Origin: Alphaproteobacteria bacterium
Lineage (GTDB): Bacteria > Pseudomonadota > Alphaproteobacteria > JAAXGF01
Assembly (NCBI GenBank): GCA_963555825.3
Contig: CAUVXB020000001.1
Span: forward strand, 736,001-800,000
Direction: 5' to 3'
DNA: 64,000 bases
Positions within the stretch are counted from its first letter, which is position 1; the number at the start of each line of letters is the position of its first letter. Below the pieces are notes generated by a model, which did not search any database, was not told the DNA's origin, and was given only the letters and a program-made list of their open reading frames with translations. Both the position numbers and the translations under genes were made by a program. Of the stretch, positions 1-10,715 are shown in pieces.

Positions 1-1
1 C

Positions 2-547
2 GCGGCCATCAAACCCCTGGCGCCGGGCATGAAGGTTGTCGGCCAGGCGCTGACGGTTCAGACGATGGTCGGTGACAATGCGGCGCTGCATTACTGCTTG
101 ACGGTCGCCTGGCCTGGCGCTGTCATCGTCGTCGATGCGCGTGGACACCTGGATACGGCTGTGTGGGGCGGTATCCTTACCTACGCTGCGAAGCATGTCG
201 GAGTCGCCGGCGTGGTCGTCGACGGCAGCGTTCGTGACGTTGCCGAACTGCGGGAATCCGGGCTCGCCGTGTATGCACGGGGCGCCATCCCAAGCGGACC
301 TCACAAGGGATGGGGCGGTAGCGTCAACGTGCCGATTCAATGTGGCGGCGTGGCCGTCGATCCGGGTGATCTGATCGTCGCCGACGACGATGGCGTGGTG
401 TCCGTCGGGCGCCGTCATTTGGACGGCTTGCTGGCGCGCTGTCGCGCACGCCTCGAGCGCGAGGCGGTGATGCTGCAACGGATCGACGCGGGCGCGACGA
501 CCGTTGATCTACAGGGGCTGCCGCCGGCCGAAAAATTCGGCGGCTAA
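2..547 (+). CDS. RraA-family / HMG aldolase-like protein, 5'-partial
   Basis: Motifs GDN, AVWGG, GVVVDGSVRD and PGDLIVADDDGVV; the frame stays open to the window edge (AAIKPLAPGM...). Confidence 0.85.
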   Translation, partial: AAIKPLAPGMKVVGQALTVQTMVGDNAALHYCLTVAWPGAVIVVDARGHLDTAVWGGILTYAAKHVGVAGVVVDGSVRDVAELRESGLAVYARGAIPSGPHKGWGGSVNVPIQCGGVAVDPGDLIVADDDGVVSVGRRHLDGLLARCRARLEREAVMLQRIDAGATTVDLQGLPPAEKFGG

Positions 548-569
548 ACGTTGCGATACCTCGGTCCGG

Positions 570-691
570 TCAGCGATTGAAATTGGGCAACCGTCGAAGG
601 GCCGGATCGACCTTGGGCCGCTTCACGAACTTCTTGGATTCGAGCCGGGGCACCCCGAATTTGGCACCTTCAACCGGCTGATAGGACGACG
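570..691 (-). pseudogene. Displaced 3' end of the gene at 5551-6601
   Basis: Removing 692-5550 joins ...AAG ACT GAG G to CG TCG TCC TAT..., giving an in-frame read to the TGA at 570. Confidence 0.75.
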
Positions 692-932
692 CTTGCCTAT
701 CCGGTTTACACCCACACCCACTAGGGCTAGAATGGGCGCAAACCGGATATAGGGGAGCGCGCCATGGATGTTCTCGACCGCGCCGATCTCCCATTCCCGC
801 ATTCGCTACCCGAGTGAGAACGGCAGAGCAATAATCCCCCACTGAAGCGGCCGGTCGATCCGGCTGCGGCGGACCAAAATGGGACCGCGTATAGCCTTCT
901 GTCAGGGTTGCTCTGACTGGAAGGCGGGGGGG

Positions 933-2431
933 ATGTATCGGGTGGAGTTGTACGCACGGGTTCGGCGGGCGTGTCATGTCGAGGGGATGAGCACCCGCGA
1001 GGCCTCGCGGGTGTTTGGTGTAGACCGCAAGACGGTCCGTAAGATGCTGTCGTTCTCGGTGCCGCCAGGGTATCGCCGAAGCGCGCCGCCGAGGCGGCCA
1101 AAGCTGGGTCCGTTCACGGGAATCATCGATCGGATCTTGGAAGACGATCGGACCAGCCACCGCAAGCAACGGCACACTGCGAAGCGCATCTTCGACCGCC
1201 TCCGGGACGAGTACGGTTTCACGGGCGGCTACACCATCGTGAAGGACTACGTTCGTGAGCAGGGGCTTCGGTCGCGTGAGGTGTTCGTGCCACTCTCCCA
1301 TTCCCCGGTCACGCCCAGGCGGACTTCGGCGAAGCGATGGCGGTGATCGGCGGCGCGTTACGGAAGATCCACTTCCTTGCCTTCGACCTTCCCCACAGTG
1401 ATGGTTGCTTTGTTGCGGCCTATCCGGCGGAGACGACCGAAGCATTCTGCGATGGCCACAACGCGGCGTTTGCCTTCTTCGGCGGCGTCCCCCGATCCAT
1501 CCTGTACGACAACACCAAGCTGGCGGTTGCCCGGATCCTGGGCGATGGGAAGCGGCAGCGAACGCGCGTCTTCACGGAGCTTCAGTCCCACTATCTGTTC
1601 GAGGACAGGTTCGGCCGGCCGGGCAAGGGCAACGACAAGGGCAAGGTCGAGGGACTGGTCGGCTTCATCCGGCGGAACTTCCTGGTCCCCGTCCCGCGTG
1701 CCGAGAGCTTCGCGGCCCTCAACGATGCTCTCGCCGAACAGTGCCGCCGGCGCCAGGCGGCGCGGCTGCGGGGCCACAAGGAGACCATCGGCGAGCGTCT
1801 CGAGCGGGATCGTCAAGTTCTCTTGCCATTGCCGCCTGCTCCCTATGATGCCTGCGATAAGCGCCCTGGACGGGCGAGTTCGCTGTCGCTGGTGCGTTAC
1901 CGCAGCAACGACTATTCCGTGCCCGTGGCCTACGGCCACCGTGAGGTGCTCATCCGGGGCTACGTCGATGAGGTGGTGATCAGCTGCGGGGCCGAGGTGA
2001 TCGCCCGGCACCGCCGGTCCTACGACAGCGAGGACCTGATCTTCGACCCGCTGCATTACCTGCCCTTGATCGAGCAGAAGATCGGCGCCCTCGACCAGGC
2101 CGCGCCATTGGCGGGCTGGGACCTGCCCGAGGCCTTCATCACTCTGCGGCGGCTCCTCGAAGCTCGTATGGGCAAGGCAGGCAAGCGCGAGTACGTCCAG
2201 GTGCTCCGTCTACTGGAGACCTTCCGGCTCGAGGAGGTCGAGGGTGCGGTCGGCGACGCCCTGCGGCTCGGCGCAATCGGCTTTGATGCGGTGAAGCACC
2301 TGGTACTGTGCCGCATCGAGCGGCGGCCGCCCAGGCTCAACCTCGACGTCTATCCGTATCTGCCGCGCGCCCGGGTCGCGATGACGTCCGCCAAGTCGTA
2401 CATGAGCCTGCTGTCGGGGCTCGGCGCATGA
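933..2431 (+). CDS. istA: IS21 transposase IstA, frameshifted in a C run near 1303
   Basis: N-terminal HTH (MYRVELYARVRRAC), then ADFGEA / YDN / KGKVE DDE core in a second frame. Confidence 0.9.
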
Positions 2432-3192
2432 CCGACACACCGCAAGTGCTGCTCGCCCACCACCTCAAGACGCTGAAGCTGCCGACCTTCCTGCGCGAGT
2501 ACGACAAGATCGCCCGGCAGTGCGCCTCGGAAGGCGTCGATCACGTCCGCTACCTGTTGAGACTCGCCGAGCTCGAGCTGATCGACCGCGAGCGCCGCAT
2601 GGTCGAGCGGCGCATCAAGGCGGCGCGCTTCCCCGTGGTCAAGAGCCTCGACAGCTTCGACTTCAAGGTCATCCCCTCGCTCAACAAGGCGCTGGTCCTG
2701 GAGCTGGCCCGCTGCGAGTACATCGAGCGCCGCGAGAACCTCATCGCGCTCGGCAACAGTGGGACCGGCAAGACCCACATCGCCCTCGGTCTCGGCCTGG
2801 CGGCCTGCCAGAAGGGCCTCTCGGTCGGCTTCATCACCGCCGCCGCGCTGGTCCACGAACTCATCGAGGCCCGCGATGACAAGCAGCTGCTGAGGTTCCA
2901 GAAGAAGCTCGCCACCTACAAGCTTCTGATCGTCGACGAACTCGGCTTCGTGCCGCTGTCGAAGACCGGCGCCGAGCTGTTGTTCGAGGTGTTCAGCCAA
3001 CGCTACGAGCGGGGCTCGACCCTGGTCACCACCAATCTGCCCTTCGACGAATGGACCGAGGTGTTCGGCTCCGAGCGCCTCACCGGCGCGCTCCTCGATC
3101 GCCTCACCCACCACGTCAACATCCTCGAGATGAACGGTGACAGCTACAGGCTCAACCAGAGCCGCAGGCGTCAAACCCCGACTGCTAACTGA
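2428..3192 (+). CDS. istB: IS21 helper ATPase IstB
   Basis: Walker A GNSGTGKT, Walker B LLIVDELG, LLDRLTHH. Confidence 0.95.
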   Translation: MTDTPQVLLAHHLKTLKLPTFLREYDKIARQCASEGVDHVRYLLRLAELELIDRERRMVERRIKAARFPVVKSLDSFDFKVIPSLNKALVLELARCEYIERRENLIALGNSGTGKTHIALGLGLAACQKGLSVGFITAAALVHELIEARDDKQLLRFQKKLATYKLLIVDELGFVPLSKTGAELLFEVFSQRYERGSTLVTTNLPFDEWTEVFGSERLTGALLDRLTHHVNILEMNGDSYRLNQSRRRQTPTAN

Positions 3193-3345
3193 ACCGACCA
3201 CCCAGCCCACGCTTGACCCCGTGGGCCCACAGGTCCCTCCCGCGCGCGCCGCCGCGTCAGCCTGTTGAGGGCACGCCGCGTCGCGCGCGGGGCCCTCCCG
3301 TGGACTACGGGGACAAGCCCGCAGCCGCCAAGCGGTCCCTTCTTA

Positions 3346-4521
3346 TACCAGTGAGCGCCTGAATTGACTCTCGGGATATTCATTGATGGCGGATGATGGC
3401 GGATTGTGATTCTATGGTCTCCCACCAGATGTGGGGGATGTCATGGGATCAGCACTCAAGATACGGGATGATTTGACGCCTTTGGAGCTTCGGCGCTGGG
3501 CTCGCGTGGAATCGTACGGTCGAGCGGCGGCGCGGGCCTATGGGATCGCGAATGCTTTGGAGGAGATGCCCCGGGCTGATGCCGCGCGGCTTGCGGGGAT
3601 GGATCGCCAAACGCTTCGCGACGCGGTTGTTCGTTACAATGCAAAGGGATTGGAGGGGCTTCACGACCGTCCAAAGGGCTACTCGCCGCGGCGGCTGACG
3701 GCAGACGAGGAAGCGGCGCTGGCGGCGGTCATCATCGCCGGGCCGGAGCCTGAGCGCGACGGGGTTTGCGCCTGGACCCGGGCCGATCTGTGCCGCTGGC
3801 TGGAGGAGCGCTTCGCCAAGACCTACCACCCCTCGAGCATGACCCGGGTTCTACGGCGGATGGGATTTTCCCGCCAGAAGGCGCGCCCGAGCCACCCGCG
3901 AAGGGACGCCGAAGCGCAGGAGCGCTTCAAAAAAGGGGGCTTCGCGACATCCTGAAGGCGACCGCCGCGGCGCATCCCGACAAGCGCCTACAGCTGTGGT
4001 TTCAGGATGAAGCGCGCGTCGGCAACAAGGGCCGGGTGTGTCACCGGTGGTGGCGCAGGGGCGAGCGTGCCCCCGGGACGCGTCAAATCGGCTACCAGTG
4101 GGCCTACATCTTCTCCGCCGTGCGCCCGGACACCGGCGACGACGTCACCCTGGTGATGCCGAGCGTCAACGCCAAGGTCATGGACCTGTTTCTCGCACAC
4201 TTCGCCGATACCCTGGACCAGGATGCGCACGCCGTCATGATGTGCGACGGCGCCGGTTGGCACGACGAGCGCGCCCTCACCGTCCCCGACAACGTCACCT
4301 TGGCGCTGTTGCCGCCTTACAGTCCCGAACTCAACCCCGTCGAGCGGGTTTGGCTCTACCTACGCGAACGCTTCCTATCGCTCCGCGTCCTCGACGACAC
4401 CGAGGCCATCATCGACGCCTGTTGCCAAGCATGGATCGACCTCATCGCAGAACCGGATCGTATGCGAACCCTCTGCGCCTATCCATGGATCATGAAGGTG
4501 ATTTCATAGGCTCACTGGTAT
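3346..4521 (+). mobile_element. IS630-family element
   Basis: IRs TACCAGTGAGC / GCTCACTGGTA; TA on both flanks (3344-3345 and 4522-4523); removal restores a continuous IS21 right end. Confidence 0.9.
3443..4509 (+). CDS. IS630 transposase (HTH ORF plus DDE ORF, joined by a probable programmed -1 frameshift)
   Basis: AAAAAAGGGGG slippery run near 3929-3939; WFQDEAR, DGAGWH, PYSPELNPVE. Confidence 0.9.
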
Positions 4522-5550
4522 TACACCGCCGAGGTGGTCCCTTTTTGCTCCGCCATTGACACCCGAGTTCCAGCGACTTTTCCCCGATGATGCGGCCTGC
4601 GCCGCCTACCTGGAGAAAGCCCGCTGGGGAGACGGCTTTGCCTGCCCGCACTGCGGCACGGCGGGAGAGCCGTTCACACTTTGAAAACCGCCCTGGCGTC
4701 CTGCGCTGCCGCAAGTGCCGCCAGAACACCGGGCTGACGGTGGGAACAGTGATGGAGCGTAGCCACACTCCGCTGAACGTCTGGTTCTGGGCCGCTTATC
4801 TGGTCGCTAGTCAGACGCCCGGCATGTCCGCCGTGCAGTTTCAGCGGCAACTTGGTCTTTCGCGCTACGAGACGGCCTTTCAAATTCTCCACAAGCTCCG
4901 CTCGGGCATGGTGCGGCCCAACCAAGACAGGATCGGTGGACAGCCCAAGAACCATGTTGAGGTGGACGAAACCTGGGTTGGCGGGCGAACGCGTGGGGAA
5001 GGCCGTGGTGTTCACCACAAGGTTCTCGTCTCCTGTGCCATCGAGGTGCGTCATCGAAAGCCGGGCACCAAGCTCGACAACCGGAAAGACGGACGCTATG
5101 CCGGACGCGTTCGGCTCGCCGTCGTGCTCGACCGTAGCGCCGAGTCGCTCTGTGGGTTCGTCGAGAGCACCGTCGCGCCGGGATCGCTGATCGTTACTGA
5201 CGATTGGAGCGGCTATGCTGGCCTCGGTAAGCGCGGCTATGAGCACTTCGCTGTTGCCGAGTGTGGTGATCCAGAGGTTGCCGAGCAATACCTGCCGATC
5301 ATCCATCTGGTTTTCGCCAACCTGAAGACGTGGCTGATCGGTATCCACCACGGCGTTAGCCACCAGCACCTACAAGCCTACCTCAACGAGTTCACCTTCC
5401 GCTTCAACAGGCGGTTCTACCCGTTCAACGCCTTCCGCTCATTGCTCGGCATCGCGGGCGACACCTCTGCTCCAACCTATGCCGAGCTTTACTCGGGAGA
5501 GTGGCGGCACCCTACATGTAGCGGTCATGGGCGTTAACCGGATAGGCAAG

Positions 5551-6601
5551 CCTCAGTCTTGCGCTTCGCCTTGGCGAGGCGCAGTTCCTCTTCCTTCTGC
5601 TTGTTCGAGGCGCCATAGAGCCGTTCATCGACCTCGGCCAAATACTGATTGAACCGGGTGAGCTCGGCGAGACGTTTCGCCGTCTTGGCGGCAACGGACG
5701 CGGCCAGCCTCAGGTTCTCAAGCGCGCGGGCCTTGGCGCCCTCGACTTCCTTCTGCCTCAGTGTCGCCTCGGCGACTTTCTTGTCGATCTCGGTCTTACG
5801 CGCCTCGGCCTTTACGGTGCGTTTCTTGGCCTCGACGGTCTCGGCCTTGAGGCGGTCCTTCAGGGTAAAAACCTTCTGCTCGATCGCCTTCTGGGCGCGC
5901 GCGAAGACCGCCTTGCTGGGCCGCGTGAAGGCGAGCTTGGGGCTCTTGATCAGCTTCTGGTATTTGGGCAGGACATAGGGGAAGTTCGGGTCGCCACCTG
6001 ATTCCTCGATCTTTGCCAGGAGCTTGCCGAGCTTCTTCTCGTTGCTCTTGCCCTTCTTGAGCTTCTTCGAAACTTCGAGCAGGACCTTCGCGGCCTCGCG
6101 GGTCAGCCTGGCGGTGCCGTCGCCCGAGATTTTCCATTGCTTGGTGTCGGTCAGCACCATGGTGTAGGTGAACTGCGGTACGTCGGGCGCCATTCCGACC
6201 GCCTTCTTGGCGTGGGCATGGGCGATGGCGTGTTTGCTCGGATCGGTCGTGAACAGCGCGAGCGCGAGCGCATTCTGGACATCGGCGATAGAGGGATCGG
6301 CGACGGCGAGATAGCTGAGCGGCTTGACAGCGTTCTTGCTCTGGCCGGTCACCACACTGGCGTACGCGGTGAGGTACATCGGCCCGGCGATCGGCGGGAT
6401 CTTTTTGGCGGCATAGGCAGTGCCGATAATTCCGCCAACGATCGCGCCGCAGAGCAGGGCGGCACAGAGCCATCGCGGGCGCGTTCGGACTTGCGCTTTC
6501 GATGAGAAATCGCGCCGGGCAGTGCGGTGCGTTTGTCGTGCGCCGACGTCCGCCGATTTGTTCCGGGTGTGCGGTTCGTGGTATGAACACCGGTCGCGCA
6601 T
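5551..6601 (-). pseudogene. Secreted/membrane-anchored coiled-coil hypothetical protein, interrupted by IS1595
   Basis: GGAGG RBS, hydrophobic segment ending AYA, Lys/Glu/Ala-rich coiled-coil; reads into the IS end. Confidence 0.7.
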
Positions 6602-6785
6602 GGCGCTGCCTCCAATCGATCCAGCCGCCCCAACGCCTTAGACGACGCCAAGCGAACAGTTTTCCTCCCTGCGCGGACGCAGTCCCCGCATTTGTTTCAG
6701 AAGCATACCATATTCTTAGCGAATTGTTAGTGACGGGGCTCACACATGATCGGGTCCAGAACCGGGTAACAAACACGGTGGCGGA

Positions 6786-7445
6786 CTAGAATGCGCCGGG
6801 TTCGATTTTGTAAGTATCGGGCGTCTTGGCGTCCTGAATGAAGGAAAGGCGCAGCCAGGACGCCGTTTCGTCGTTGTCGTTGTCGGTTGCCGGGCCAACG
6901 CCCGGGCCCTTCATGCGCATTTCGATCACGTGGCCGTCCGTGTCATTGGCGCGAAAGACGATGATTGAACCGTCATCGACGGCCATGTCGCTGGTCAGCG
7001 TGTTCCGGGGGAGGCCTTGCAGCGCCATACGATTCATCATGGCTCGCGCCGCCCGGACAAGCGTTGCGGCATTGACCGCGGTCTCGATCGGGTGCCCCCA
7101 ACTCAGGGTCACCTGTATCAGCCGCTCGGACCGGTAGCCGAAGATATAGACGACCTGTGTCGCACCGGCGCCCGATACCAGGCCGTCGGCGCGGATAACC
7201 AGGGCCGTTGTTTTCTGTAGCGGATGGATCATACGGGTCTCGCCGCCCTCGATAGCGAAATCCATTTGGATTGCGCGCAGGACTTCGGCCTCGGTCATGT
7301 CGAAGTGTGCCGATCGGTAGCCGTCGATGTCCCCGGCCTGCGCCAAATCGACCGAGCCCAGCCAGGCGAGGACGGCGAACGCCACGCCGATCATGGCGGT
7401 TCGACATAGGCCGCGGGCAAATGACATCGCTTGTATATCGCTCAT
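6786..7445 (-). CDS. Hypothetical exported protein
   Basis: Signal-like N-terminus (…AQA), GYRSAHFDMTEAEV, coding-like codon usage. Confidence 0.65.
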   Translation of the reverse strand: MSDIQAMSFARGLCRTAMIGVAFAVLAWLGSVDLAQAGDIDGYRSAHFDMTEAEVLRAIQMDFAIEGGETRMIHPLQKTTALVIRADGLVSGAGATQVVYIFGYRSERLIQVTLSWGHPIETAVNAATLVRAARAMMNRMALQGLPRNTLTSDMAVDDGSIIVFRANDTDGHVIEMRMKGPGVGPATDNDNDETASWLRLSFIQDAKTPDTYKIEPGAF

Positions 7446-7561
7446 GGTGTGAACCTACCGCGTCACACACGGCGATTTGCAGATTTCTTGACATCGCATC
7501 CCCTGGCCGCCGATGTCGTTTGGCGCTACATTTGATGCGAAATTTCGGGAGGACGGTGGGC

Positions 7562-7888
7562 ATGAATTTGACCACGAAGACCTGCGTGCCGTGCCGCGGC
7601 GGCGTTCCGCCGCTCACGACTGACGCGGCCGAGCGCTATCTTGACGAGGCGCCGGGTTGGCAACTCCTCGAATCGGCGACCCGTATCGAACGGCGCTTGC
7701 GTTTCGGCAACTTCGCCGAGACGCTCGCCTTCGTGAACAGGGTCGGCGAACTCGCCGAGGCGGAGGGGCATCACCCGGACATCAGCTTCGGCTGGGGGTA
7801 TTGCTCGGTCGTCTTCTATACGCACAAAATCAAAGGCTTGCACGAGAACGACTTCATCATGGCCGCGAAGGTCAACGAACTGGTCTAG
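7562..7888 (+). CDS. Pterin-4-alpha-carbinolamine dehydratase
   Basis: CVPCRGG, AEAEGHHPDI, YTHKIKGLHENDFIMAAK. Confidence 0.92.
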   Translation: MNLTTKTCVPCRGGVPPLTTDAAERYLDEAPGWQLLESATRIERRLRFGNFAETLAFVNRVGELAEAEGHHPDISFGWGYCSVVFYTHKIKGLHENDFIMAAKVNELV

Positions 7889-7917
7889 CCTGATCCTTGG
7901 TATATGATCGCGCCACC

Positions 7918-8586
7918 ATGCCGAAATTCAAACCGATTCTCGCGCGCGCCGCCAAGCGCGTCGGCGGCGCCAAGTCGCTCGAAGAGACACTCATCGCGCC
8001 GAGCAGCGCCGACGCGCTGCGCGCCGTCACCGACGACCGTTACCTGTCGCTGATGTCGCTGCGCGTGTTCCGCGCCGGCCTCAAGCATTCGTTGGTCGAT
8101 GCGCGGTGGCCGGCCTTCGAGGTGGTCTTCCACGGCTTCGAGCCCTACCGGGTACGCGCCATGAACGACGAGGACCTCGAGGACCTGATGGGCGAGACGC
8201 GCATCATCCGCCATTGGGGCAAGATCAAGTCGGTGCGCGACAACGCCGCGGCGATGATCGGCCTCTCCGAGGCCCATGGCGGTTTCGGCGGCTATCTCGC
8301 CGCTTGGCCGGCCGACGACGTCATGGGGCTGTGGCGCGACCTCGCCAACCGGTTCAGCCAGCTGGGCGGCAATTCGGGGCCGTATTTCTTGCGTATGGCG
8401 GGCAAGGACACCTTCATGATCACCGGCGACGTGCTGCGCGCGCTGATCGACGCCAAGATCGTCAAGAAGAAGCCGACCATCAAAGACGATCGGGCGGCGG
8501 TCCAGAACGCCTTCAACGCCTGGGCCGAGGAGACCGGCCGGCCGCTCTGCCAGCTCAGCCGTATCCTCGCGCTCTCGGTCGGTTAG
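7918..8586 (+). CDS. DNA-3-methyladenine glycosylase I-like protein
   Basis: VFRAGL..W..FE..FHGF, IIRHWGKIKSVRDNA, YFLRMAGKD. Confidence 0.8.
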   Translation: MPKFKPILARAAKRVGGAKSLEETLIAPSSADALRAVTDDRYLSLMSLRVFRAGLKHSLVDARWPAFEVVFHGFEPYRVRAMNDEDLEDLMGETRIIRHWGKIKSVRDNAAAMIGLSEAHGGFGGYLAAWPADDVMGLWRDLANRFSQLGGNSGPYFLRMAGKDTFMITGDVLRALIDAKIVKKKPTIKDDRAAVQNAFNAWAEETGRPLCQLSRILALSVG

Positions 8587-8593
8587 GCGCTCG

Positions 8594-9622
8594 GTGACAG
8601 ATCACGCGGCGTGGCTGGGCCAAGTCGTCGAGGCGACGCTGGAGCCTGAACGGCCGATCGTCGACCCCCACCACCATTTCTGGCGTCGTGCCTCCGCGAG
8701 CTATGCGTTCTCCCCGCACTATCTCCTGGCCGAACTCTGGGACGATACTGGGAGCGGCCATCGTTTCGAGCAGACCGTCTTCATCGAATGCTCGGCCGAA
8801 TACCGCGAGACCGGGCCCGAAGCCATGCGACCCATCGGCGAGACCGAGCTGGTCGCCGGCATCGCGACGGCCGCCGCTGCGGAACCGGCCGGCGCCGCGC
8901 GTATCGGCGGCATCGTTGGCCACGCCGACTTGAGGCTGGGCGCCGTCATCGAGGACGTGCTAGCGGCTCAGATCGAAGCGGGGCAGGGGCGATTCAGGGG
9001 AATCCGCTACTCGGCCGCCCAGGACCCGAGCGACGCGATCCCCGGATCGCGCAAGAACCCGCCGATCGATATCTATGCACGGGACGATTTTCGCGAAGGA
9101 TTCGCGCGTCTGGCCAGCCTGGGCCTGAGTTTTGACGCCTGGCACTACCACCCGCAAACACCGGGTCTCACCGACCTCGCACACGCCTTTCCCGACACGA
9201 CCATCGTCCTCGATCACTTCGGCGGCGTGCTCGGTATCGGCTCCTACGCGGGCCGGCGTGACGAAATTTTCAAGACCTGGAAGCACGATCTCGCCACGCT
9301 CGCTGACTGTCCCAACGTGGTCGCCAAGCTCGGCGGCCTGGTCATGCCGGTCAACGGCTTCGGCTGGCACGAGCGCGACCGGCCGGCGACTTCGGACGAG
9401 ATCGTCGCCGCGCAGCGGCCTTACTACATGCACACGATCGAGCGGTTCGGGCCCGACCGTTGCATGTTCGAAAGCAACTTTCCGGTCGACAAATGCGCGG
9501 TTTCGTACAACGTGCTGTGGAACGCCTTCAAGAAGATGGCGGCGGCTTTCTCGGCCGACGAGAAGGACGCCCTGTTCCGCGCGACGGCGATGCGCGTCTA
9601 CCGCCTGGACCCGGTTACTTAA
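8594..9622 (+). CDS. Amidohydrolase_2 family (lactonase-like)
   Basis: DPHHHFW, VLDHFGG, CMFESNFPVD. Confidence 0.88.
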   Translation: MTDHAAWLGQVVEATLEPERPIVDPHHHFWRRASASYAFSPHYLLAELWDDTGSGHRFEQTVFIECSAEYRETGPEAMRPIGETELVAGIATAAAAEPAGAARIGGIVGHADLRLGAVIEDVLAAQIEAGQGRFRGIRYSAAQDPSDAIPGSRKNPPIDIYARDDFREGFARLASLGLSFDAWHYHPQTPGLTDLAHAFPDTTIVLDHFGGVLGIGSYAGRRDEIFKTWKHDLATLADCPNVVAKLGGLVMPVNGFGWHERDRPATSDEIVAAQRPYYMHTIERFGPDRCMFESNFPVDKCAVSYNVLWNAFKKMAAAFSADEKDALFRATAMRVYRLDPVT

Positions 9623-9624
9623 AG

Positions 9625-10593
9625 CTACGCCGCCGCCGGCAAATGCTCGCGGTCGTGCGGTTCGGCAAAATCGATGTCGGGGCCGGTCGGCACGACGCCG
9701 GTCGGATTGACGTCGAGCTGGCTGCCGTAATAGTGCCGCTTGATGTGCTCGATATCGACCGTCTCGGCGACGCCCGGCACCTGATAGAGTTCGCGCGTGA
9801 AGCCCCACAGGTTGGGATAGTCGACCAGGCGCCGAAGGTTGCATTTGAAGTGACCATGATAGACCGGATCGAAGCGCAGCAGCGTTGTGAACAGGCGCCA
9901 GTCGGCCTCGGTCAGCCGGTCGCCGCACAGGTAGCGTTGGCGCGCGAGACGGGCCTCGAGCGCGTCGAGCGTCGCGAACAAGGCCGTGACCGCGATCTCG
10001 TATGGCGCCTGCTTGGTGGCGAAGCCCGCCTTGTAGACGCCGACGTTGACGTGCTCGAAGACATCCGCGTTGACCGCGTCGATGTCGTCTCGCAGGTCCG
10101 CCGGGTAGAAGTCGAGCGTCGAGTCGCCGAAGGCGTCGAACGCCGAATTGAACATGCGGATGATCTCGGGCGATTCGTTGTTGACGATGGCGCCCGTCGC
10201 CTTGTCCCAAAGCACCGGCACCGAGACCCGGCCGGTGTAGTCGGGCTTGGCCTTGAGGTAGACCTCGCGCAGGTACTGTGCACCGTTCACCGTGTCGGGA
10301 ATGCAGCCTGGCGCATCGCTGAAGAACCAGCCTTCGCTGCCTTTGAAATCGTCGACGACCGACAGCGTGATGACGTCTTCGAGCTTCTTGAGCCTGCGGA
10401 AGATCAGCGTGCGGTGCGCCCAGGGGCAGGCGAGCGAGACATAGAGGTGATAGCGTCCCGGTTCGGCCTTGAAACCGGATGCGCCGTCGACCGTGATCCA
10501 GTCGCGGAACACGGGCTCGAATGGCACGAAGGCGCCGGTTTCGTCGGCATAGGCCTGTTCGTCGCGCCATTCGCCGTTGACCAGTACGCCCAT
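9625..10593 (-). CDS. Glutathionyl-hydroquinone reductase (YqjG-like GST)
   Basis: GRYHLYVSLACPWAHR, VPVLWD, NNES, GVYKAGFA. Confidence 0.92.
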   Translation of the reverse strand: MGVLVNGEWRDEQAYADETGAFVPFEPVFRDWITVDGASGFKAEPGRYHLYVSLACPWAHRTLIFRRLKKLEDVITLSVVDDFKGSEGWFFSDAPGCIPDTVNGAQYLREVYLKAKPDYTGRVSVPVLWDKATGAIVNNESPEIIRMFNSAFDAFGDSTLDFYPADLRDDIDAVNADVFEHVNVGVYKAGFATKQAPYEIAVTALFATLDALEARLARQRYLCGDRLTEADWRLFTTLLRFDPVYHGHFKCNLRRLVDYPNLWGFTRELYQVPGVAETVDIEHIKRHYYGSQLDVNPTGVVPTGPDIDFAEPHDREHLPAAA

Positions 10594-10715
10594 TGCCGTC
10601 TCCCGACTCGTTGCCCGGCCTTGCCAGAGGCCGCCGTGCGATGTATGCCCAATCTGTCTACCACAATACAATCGCGCGCGCCTGCCGCGGCGCGCTTGAC
10701 AACCGGAGAAGTGGC

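Larger units (their letters stand above)
815..4561 (+). mobile_element. IS21-family element with an IS630 inserted in its right end
   Basis: Ends TGAGAACGGCAGAGCAA... and ...TTGCTCCGCCATTGACA; 6-bp direct repeat CCCGAG at 809-814 and 4562-4567; carries istA and istB. Confidence 0.92.
764..5537 (+). pseudogene. IS1595-family transposase, split by IS21, with a +1 frameshift near 4676
   Basis: MDVLDRADLPFPHSLPE|FQRLFPDDAACAAYLEKARW..CPHC zinc ribbon; VEVDETWVGG, TDDW, YLNEFTFRFNRR. Confidence 0.85.
692..5550 (+). mobile_element. IS1595-family element, interrupted by IS21
   Basis: Terminal IRs CTTGCCTATCCGGTTTACACCC and GGGCGTTAACCGGATAGGCAAG; transposase split into 764-814 and 4568-5537. Confidence 0.85.

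Noticed and set aside
3929-3939. Frameshift in the IS630 transposase as a defect or novelty
   Set aside because: A6G5 slippery sites between the two ORFs are a known feature of IS630-family elements.
6716-6730. TTAG-N7-TTAG as a CtrA box
   Set aside because: Both half-sites deviate from TTAA-N7-TTAA and there is no supporting context.
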